Shown piece after piece: positions 57,838 to 64,000 of a DNA stretch of 64,000 nucleotides; the stretch's first letter is position 1, and the number at the start of each line of letters is the position of its first letter. Source of the stretch: Candidatus Aminicenantes bacterium (GTDB lineage Bacteria; Acidobacteriota; Aminicenantia; S016-38); contig JAMOUJ010000003.1 in NCBI GenBank assembly GCA_027068075.1, forward strand, positions 110,506 through 174,505. Reading direction: 5' to 3'. Below the pieces are notes generated by a model. It worked only from the letters and a program-made list of their open reading frames with translations. It did not search any database and was not told where the DNA came from. The position numbers and the translations under genes are program-made.

Positions 57838-60123
57838 ATGCAGAAGTGGAAAAAACTGGCCTTCGTTGCGGCGGCGGGAGCCGTCTTCGGGGTAATGGTG
57901 GGAATCCTGATCAGTTACAGCAAAGACCTGCCCAGAATAGAAGAACTGGAAAGAACCCGTCTGGCCGAATCCACCCAGGTCTTCGCCGACGACGGCACCA
58001 TCATGGGAGGATTCGCCATAGAAAAGAGAATCACCGTGCCCTCTGAAAAAATCCCCGATTTCGTAAAAAAGGCCTTTGTGGTGGCCGAAGACCGGGGTTT
58101 TTACCACCACTTCGGGTTCTCCCCCAGAAGAATTTTAAAGGCCATAATCGTGGATCTGACCAAGGGGAAAGCCATCCAGGGGGCCAGCACCATAACTCAG
58201 CAGTTGGCCAGAATGCTCTTTCTGAACCGGGAAAAAACCCTCAAAAGAAAGATCAAGGAACTACTCCTGGCCATCCAGATAGAGAGGAAGTACTCCAAGG
58301 ATCAAATCCTCACCTTTTACCTCAACAACATTTACCTGGGCCACGGGATATACGGGGTGGAAGCCGCCTCCAGGTTTTACTTCGGCAAGCATGTGTGGGA
58401 ATTGGAACCCCACGAGGCGGCCACCCTGGCAGCGCTTCCCTCCTCCCCCGCTAAACTTTCTCCCTATGTGGCCCCGGAAAAACTCCTCAAGAGGAGAAAC
58501 CGGATCCTCAAGGAGATGGCCGAAGAGCACTACATAACCCGGGAAACATACCAGGAAGAGGTGAAAAAACCCCTGGGAGTGGTGGACATAAAAAAGAGGG
58601 AAGCCAGAATCGTGGGGGCCTACTTCCTGGAGGAAGTGCGGAAATACATCGCCAAAAAATACGGTCCCGAAAAGGTCTATCGGGGAGGGCTTAGGGTTTA
58701 CACCACCATGAATGTGAAGATGGAGGAGTGGGCCGAGAAGGCCCTCAGGAACGGGCTTAAAGCCCTGGACAAAAGGAGAGGGTGGAGAAAACCCAGGAGA
58801 AACATCCTCCAGGAGGGAATGGATCCCCAAGAGTTCCAGGCGGAGGAGTGGAAGGAGGGAATAGAAGTGGGCCGATCCTATCCCGCCGTGGTTCTGGAGG
58901 TGGAAACCAAAAGGGCCCGGGTTAAGGTGGGAAAATTCACCCCTTACCTTTACCTCAAGGACGCTTCCTGGACCAGAACCTATTCCCTGAAAAGGTTGTT
59001 CAAGAAGGGGGACATAATCCTGATTAAAGTGGAGGGTAAGGAAGGGGATTCTCTGAAAATCTCCCTGGACCAGGAACCCCTGGTGGAAGGAGCCTTCATT
59101 GCCATAGACCACAGGACCGGTGAAATAAAGGCCATGGTGGGGGGCTACTCCTTCAAGAGAAGCGAATTCAACCGGGCAGTTCAGGCCCATCGCCAGACGG
59201 GCTCCACCATAAAGCCCATAATCTACTCCGCTGCCCTGGAAAACGGATGGACCCCGGCTTCCATAATCATAGACGAACCGGTCAGTTTCGTGGACCCCTG
59301 GACCGGGGAGGTATGGGAACCCCGCAACTACGATCATGTTTACAAGGGCTGGGTAACCCTCCGCAGGGGTCTGGAGGAAAGCAGAAATGTGGTCACCGCT
59401 AAACTGGTGGCGGCCCTTACCCCCCAGAAGGTGATAGAATACGCCAGAAAATTCGGCATAACTTCCCCCCTAAAACCCTACCTTTCCATCGCCCTGGGAG
59501 CCTTTGAATCCACCCTTTTAGAAATGACCTCCGCCTTTACGGTATTTCCCAACGGAGGAGTCAGAATTGAACCCTACTTCATCAAAAAAATAGAGGACAA
59601 ATACGGCAACCTCCTGGAGGCCCACCGGAGAAAGGTTCACATAGCCCTTTCCCCGGAGGTGGCCTTTCAGATGACCTACATCCTGGAGGGCGTGGTCCGC
59701 CGGGGAACGGGCTGGAGGGCCAGGGTTTTGAAGAGGCCCGTGGGAGGAAAGACCGGAACCACCAACGAATACACCGATGCGTGGTTCGTGGGTTTCTCCC
59801 CCTCCATCACCGCCGGGGTGTGGGTGGGCTTTGACCTGAAAAAATCCCTGGGAAGGGGAGAAACGGGTTCCAGGGCAGCCTCCCCCATCTGGGTGGAATT
59901 CATGAAAAAATACTTTGAAGGAAGGCCCGTGGAGAATTTCAAAGTGCCCCCCAACATAATTTTCGTAAAAATAGACTCCTACACTGGAAAACTGGTGATG
60001 CCCTTCTGCCTCCACACCATAAACGAGGCCTTTACCCCCGGCACCGAACCCCGGGAATTCTGCACCGAGGAAGACCACCTCCATGTCCTGGATTATTATC
60101 ACCGGATAACCCCCGAAGAGTGA
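57838..60123 (+). CDS. Penicillin-binding protein 1A
   Basis: EDRGF, GASTITQQL, RKIKE, STIK (SxxK), SRN and KTGT motifs. Start set at the ATG at 57838. Confidence 0.95.
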   Translation: MQKWKKLAFVAAAGAVFGVMVGILISYSKDLPRIEELERTRLAESTQVFADDGTIMGGFAIEKRITVPSEKIPDFVKKAFVVAEDRGFYHHFGFSPRRILKAIIVDLTKGKAIQGASTITQQLARMLFLNREKTLKRKIKELLLAIQIERKYSKDQILTFYLNNIYLGHGIYGVEAASRFYFGKHVWELEPHEAATLAALPSSPAKLSPYVAPEKLLKRRNRILKEMAEEHYITRETYQEEVKKPLGVVDIKKREARIVGAYFLEEVRKYIAKKYGPEKVYRGGLRVYTTMNVKMEEWAEKALRNGLKALDKRRGWRKPRRNILQEGMDPQEFQAEEWKEGIEVGRSYPAVVLEVETKRARVKVGKFTPYLYLKDASWTRTYSLKRLFKKGDIILIKVEGKEGDSLKISLDQEPLVEGAFIAIDHRTGEIKAMVGGYSFKRSEFNRAVQAHRQTGSTIKPIIYSAALENGWTPASIIIDEPVSFVDPWTGEVWEPRNYDHVYKGWVTLRRGLEESRNVVTAKLVAALTPQKVIEYARKFGITSPLKPYLSIALGAFESTLLEMTSAFTVFPNGGVRIEPYFIKKIEDKYGNLLEAHRRKVHIALSPEVAFQMTYILEGVVRRGTGWRARVLKRPVGGKTGTTNEYTDAWFVGFSPSITAGVWVGFDLKKSLGRGETGSRAASPIWVEFMKKYFEGRPVENFKVPPNIIFVKIDSYTGKLVMPFCLHTINEAFTPGTEPREFCTEEDHLHVLDYYHRITPEE

Positions 60124-61583
60124 AAAAAACAGTTTTTCTCCTTTTAGTTCTTCTTTGGGCGTGCGGAAAAAATCCGAAGGCCTCCCCCTACATACGGGTG
60201 GCCCTGGAGAATTACCCCATAAGCCTGGACCCCAGGGTGGGAACGGACCAGGCTTCCCAGAGGATACACCAGGTCCTCTTCCGGGGACTTCTCCGCCGGG
60301 AAAGGGACGGGAGGTTGACCCCGGACCTGGCGGAGGAGTTTCACCGGGAGGGCAAAACCAGGTTCGTCTTTAAGGTAAAAAGGGGAATAAAATTCTGCCA
60401 CGGCCGGGAGATCACCGCTGAAGATGTGGCCTACACCTACAATTCTCTCCTGGAAGGGAAAATTCGGAGCATAAGAAAAGGGGCCCTGTGGATGGTGAAG
60501 GAGGTAAGGGCCCGGGGCCGTGAGGTGATTTTTGAACTTCGCAAACCCTACTCCTCCTTCCTGATAAACGCCACCCTGGGAATCGTGCCCCGGGGGGCAG
60601 GAAGGGACTTCGGAGACCACCCGGTGGGAAGCGGCCCCTACTGTGTGGAGAAAAAGGATCGGGAGGAAATCCTCCTTCTTCCAAATCCCCACCAGCCCAC
60701 TTCAAGAAACCGGGGGATAAGAATAAGGTTTATCCCCGACGAAGTCACCCGGGCCCTGGAACTGGAGGCCGGTGGAATAGACCTGGTGGTCAACGGGTTC
60801 TCCCCCGACACCCTCTTTGAACTCTCCAGGAACAAAGGCCTGGAAATAAAAAGGGTTACAGGAGGAAACTTCGCCTACATCGGTTTGAACTTCAGGGATA
60901 AACATCTGAGAAAGAGGAGGGTGCGCCTGGCCCTGGGCTACGCCATAGACCGGGAAAGTATAGTTAAAAACCTCCTCAGGGGGTATGCCACCGTGGCCAA
61001 TACCATAATCCCCCCACATCTCATCTGGCACGAAGGGGAGGTCTTCTCCTTCCACTACTCCCCGGATAAGGCCCGTCAATTATTGGTGGAGGCAGGATTC
61101 CCTCGCATCTCTCTGGAGTTTAAGTGCGCCTCCCGGCGTCTTGCCCGCCAACTGGCCCAGGTCCTCAAATACCAGATGGGAAAGGCAGGAATTAACCTGA
61201 AGGTGAACTGCGGGGAATTCTCCTATTTCTACTCGCAGATACTGAAGGGGAACTTCCAACTCTATTTCCTCATGTGGGTAGGGATCTCCGACCCCGACAT
61301 ACTCCGATTCGTGTATCACTCCAATTCCATCCCCCCCAACGGAGCCAACCGGGGCGGATACAAAAATCCCGTGGTGGACCGGCTAATTGAGGAGGCGGAG
61401 GCCACCTACGATCCGAAGAAGAGGAAGGAAATTTACTCCAGGATTCAGAAAATCGTGGCCCGGGATGTAGTTTACATTCCCCTTTGGTACCCGGACTCCG
61501 TGGCGGTTTTCAGAAGGGGCTTAAAGGGGGTGGAGGTTTACCCCAACGGAGACCTCACCTTCCTTCCGAAGGTGCACTTTTGA
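60120..61583 (+). CDS. Family-5 ABC transporter substrate-binding lipoprotein
   Basis: Lipobox LWAC, with SLDP, PDLAE, PVGSGPY, VR.AL..AIDR and NRGGY.N. Confidence 0.92.
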   Translation: MKKTVFLLLVLLWACGKNPKASPYIRVALENYPISLDPRVGTDQASQRIHQVLFRGLLRRERDGRLTPDLAEEFHREGKTRFVFKVKRGIKFCHGREITAEDVAYTYNSLLEGKIRSIRKGALWMVKEVRARGREVIFELRKPYSSFLINATLGIVPRGAGRDFGDHPVGSGPYCVEKKDREEILLLPNPHQPTSRNRGIRIRFIPDEVTRALELEAGGIDLVVNGFSPDTLFELSRNKGLEIKRVTGGNFAYIGLNFRDKHLRKRRVRLALGYAIDRESIVKNLLRGYATVANTIIPPHLIWHEGEVFSFHYSPDKARQLLVEAGFPRISLEFKCASRRLARQLAQVLKYQMGKAGINLKVNCGEFSYFYSQILKGNFQLYFLMWVGISDPDILRFVYHSNSIPPNGANRGGYKNPVVDRLIEEAEATYDPKKRKEIYSRIQKIVARDVVYIPLWYPDSVAVFRRGLKGVEVYPNGDLTFLPKVHF

Positions 61584-62665
61584 ATTTGAACAGGTATTCC
61601 CTTATGAAGGGGTCCAGGTCCCCATCCAGGACACGCTCCGCCTGGGGGATCTCCAGGCCCGTCCGGTGGTCCCTGACCGCCTTGTAGGGATAAAGAACAT
61701 AGGTCCTTATCTGATTTCCCCAGGAAATGTCCTTTTTGTTTTTTTCCAGTTTTTCAATCTTCTCCCTCTTCCGCTGACGCTCCAGTTCGTAGAGCCTGGA
61801 GCGGAGTATCTTCATGGCCAGAGCACGGTTTTTATGCTGGGACCGTTCGTTTTGAATGGATACCACTATTCCCGTGGGTATGTGGGTGATTCTGACGGCG
61901 GATTCGGTTTTGTTTACATGCTGGCCGCCGTGGCCTGAGGCCCTGAAGGTTTCAATTTTCAATTCCTTGGGGTCTATCTCCAACTCCACATCCTCGTCCA
62001 CCTCCGGGTAAACGAAAACCGAGGTGAAGGAGGTGTGGCGGCGGCGGTTGGCGTCAAAAGGGGAAATCCTTATTAGGCGGTGAACTCCGCTTTCCCCCTG
62101 AAGGAGTCCGAAGGCGTAGGGACCCTCAATTCTTATGGTGGCCCTTTTAATTCCGGCCTCCTCCCCCTCCTGAAGTTCAAGAATCTCGGCCCTGTAGCCC
62201 TTCTGCTCAGCCCACCTCAGGTACATGCGGAGGAGCATCTGGGCCCAATCCTGGCTTTCGGTGCCTCCGGCGCCGGGGTGAATGGTCAAAAGGGCGTTCC
62301 TTTCCTCGTCCTCACTGGTGAAGAGGTTTTTAATTTCCTCTTCCTGGATTATCCTCTCCAATCCCCGAAGGCTTTCCTCCACCTCCCCGGGGGAGGTTTC
62401 TTCGTAAAGTTCCACATGGAGTTCCGCATCCTCCAGGGCGTCCTTCATCCGGCGGTAGGAGGAGAGTTTATCCTCCACCACCTTCTTTTTTCTTCCCAGT
62501 TCCCTGGCCCTGGAGGGGTTCTGGCTCCAGAGGGAAGGGGAAGAAAGTTCCTTCTCTATTTCCTCAAGTTTGTTTTCCAGACCCTGAGGGTCAAAGATAC
62601 CCCCTTAATTTCTCAAATTTCCCCCTCAATTCCTGCAATTTCTTTTCGGCTTCGTAGCGTTCCAT
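61555..62665 (-). CDS. prfB: Peptide chain release factor 2, with programmed +1 frameshift after codon 24
   Basis: SPF and GGQ motifs. The first frame from ATG 62665 reads MERYEAEK...RGYL-stop and joins the +1 frame DPQGLENK. Confidence 0.97.
62590..62605 (-). promoter_or_regulatory. prfB +1 frameshift cassette
   Basis: AGGGGG TAT CTT TGA C. Confidence 0.96.
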
Positions 62666-62694
62666 GGCCTTCCTCCTGGAAATATTATAACAAT

Positions 62695-63999
62695 TTAGAT
62701 GTAGCCCAGGGACTTCAATTCCTTGAGGGTGTCCCGGTCCAGTTCCTTTATGTGCTTTTTTATGAATTCCCGGCGGAAGTATCTCCGGTACTTCACCTTC
62801 CGGGAAAACTTAAAGGCGTCCATAAGGGGCCTGCCGTCCATCTCTTTGCCCAGGGGCAGGTCGTAGAGGTAAAGGAGGGTGGGGGCTATGTCGTAGACCG
62901 AAGCCTTTTTGAGTTGGTGACCCTCTTTAACCCCGGGCCCCATTATCCCCAGGATGCCCAGGGGAGGCTCCATCCAATCGGGAAGTTCGTGGTTGTAGCC
63001 GTTGGGGCCGAAATCAAAGCCGTGGTCCGAAAGCACCAGAAGGTAGGCGTTTTCCTTCCGGGCTCTGTCCATGTACCTTCCCAGGATCCGGTCCAGCCAG
63101 CGGTAAACGGGAAGGAGAACCTGGGCGTCCTCCTGGTCCAGGGCCCGCCTGAGTTCAGGATCCAATCGGTGTTCCTTCCTCACCTGCTCCAGGGCCCTCT
63201 GGACCAGGGCCTTATCCCTGATGAACATCCCGGAGATGTGGGTAATTACATCGGGCCAGCGGAAGTAAAGGGCGAAAAAATCGTATTTTCCGCTTTTCCA
63301 GATGGCCTCCCCCACATTTTCGGTGAACTTCTCCATGAGGACGAAGGCCCTGAAACTGTTCAGGATGGGGAGTTTGTCAGGGTCCTTTCCCATGGCCCGG
63401 GCCATTTCCCTGTAGTCCGGTATGCCCATTTCCTTAAGAGACTCGGGGAAATTCCAGACCATGCACTTCTTCACCAGCGGGAAATACCTCGGGGGGTAAA
63501 CTGCCTGGCGTAGAACCTCCGGGTCCTTCTTGGAGACCACATATTCCCTCATGGCGCTGGAAACCACCACCCCCTTTATCCGGTCCGGGGGAAAGGTGAG
63601 AAACCAGTTAATCACGGCGGAGGACCTACCGTACTGGTCCAGAATTTCCCATACGGCGGGCTCCCTCCTCTCCGAAGAATTGTAGGGAACCTTTATGTTG
63701 TGTCTTTTCACATAGAGCCAATCCACTATCCCGTGCTTCTCCATCCTTTTGCCCGTGGCTATGGTGGTCCAGATCACCGCCGAAAGGGTGGGCTTCATGG
63801 AGCGCAGTCTGGCCCAGGTTCCCCTTTCCCTGAGTCGTCTGAAGTGGGGAAGGTAGCCCCGGGCCATAAGGGGCTCTATGAAATCCCAGTCGGCCCCGTC
63901 AAAGCCCAGGAGAATTACCCTGGTGTTTTTCTCCCTTCCCCCGCAGGAAGGGAGAAAAATGAGGGAAATAAGGGCTATCAGAAGAAAGGTCCGCTTCAA
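62695..63999 (-). CDS. Alkaline-phosphatase-superfamily lipoprotein (start at window edge)
   Basis: Lipobox LPSC, GFDGAD, PTLSAVIWTTIATG, SDHGF, DIAPT, and C-terminal LKSLGYI. Confidence 0.88.
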   Translation of the reverse strand: MKRTFLLIALISLIFLPSCGGREKNTRVILLGFDGADWDFIEPLMARGYLPHFRRLRERGTWARLRSMKPTLSAVIWTTIATGKRMEKHGIVDWLYVKRHNIKVPYNSSERREPAVWEILDQYGRSSAVINWFLTFPPDRIKGVVVSSAMREYVVSKKDPEVLRQAVYPPRYFPLVKKCMVWNFPESLKEMGIPDYREMARAMGKDPDKLPILNSFRAFVLMEKFTENVGEAIWKSGKYDFFALYFRWPDVITHISGMFIRDKALVQRALEQVRKEHRLDPELRRALDQEDAQVLLPVYRWLDRILGRYMDRARKENAYLLVLSDHGFDFGPNGYNHELPDWMEPPLGILGIMGPGVKEGHQLKKASVYDIAPTLLYLYDLPLGKEMDGRPLMDAFKFSRKVKYRRYFRREFIKKHIKELDRDTLKELKSLGYI

Positions 64000-64000
64000 A

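Noticed and set aside
61555-62665. prfB as a pseudogene or sequencing frameshift
   Set aside because: The break coincides exactly with the canonical CTT TGA C recoding site.
17960-63513. Long antisense ORFs (e.g. 17960-19084, 22209-23606, 39057-40424, 54893-56089, 62080-63513)
   Set aside because: They lie opposite well-supported genes and carry no motifs. They are expected shadows of biased codon usage.

Overview
A very gene-dense 64 kb stretch of core chromosome from a diderm bacterium, probably a thermophilic anaerobe. An Acidobacteriota/Aminicenantes-like affiliation is my inference from gene content, not a database result. I found no integrase, transposase, prophage or CRISPR array. Contents in order: partial murG; a di-iron MBL-fold (ODP-like) protein; an M16 peptidase; a small polysaccharide cluster (Wzy-like, Wzz-like, AlkP-family enzyme, two tandem glycosyltransferases); trmFO-topA-dprA; accBC; a type IV pilus operon (amrA-pilMNOPQ, two unknown lipoproteins, TPR, roadblock) divergent from trxA-trxB-DUF58-transglutaminase-B3/4-amrS; a four-gene group 3b [NiFe]-hydrogenase; an RRM protein; several proteases; housekeeping genes; tRNA-Leu(UAA); tRNA-Ser(UGA); and prfB with its +1 frameshift. 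The most notable observations are: (i) the extended pilus operon and the split AmmeMemoRadiSam genes; (ii) a ~1.39 kb tandem duplication with a chimeric junction ORF and gene-conversion-like patches; (iii) a candidate two-state RNA switch over the RRM gene's ribosome-binding site; (iv) a CxxD proximal-cluster motif in the hydrogenase small subunit; (v) recurrent leaderless and bidirectional promoters; (vi) apparent avoidance of AGCT and TCGA. All annotation is by eye from motifs and no searches were run.
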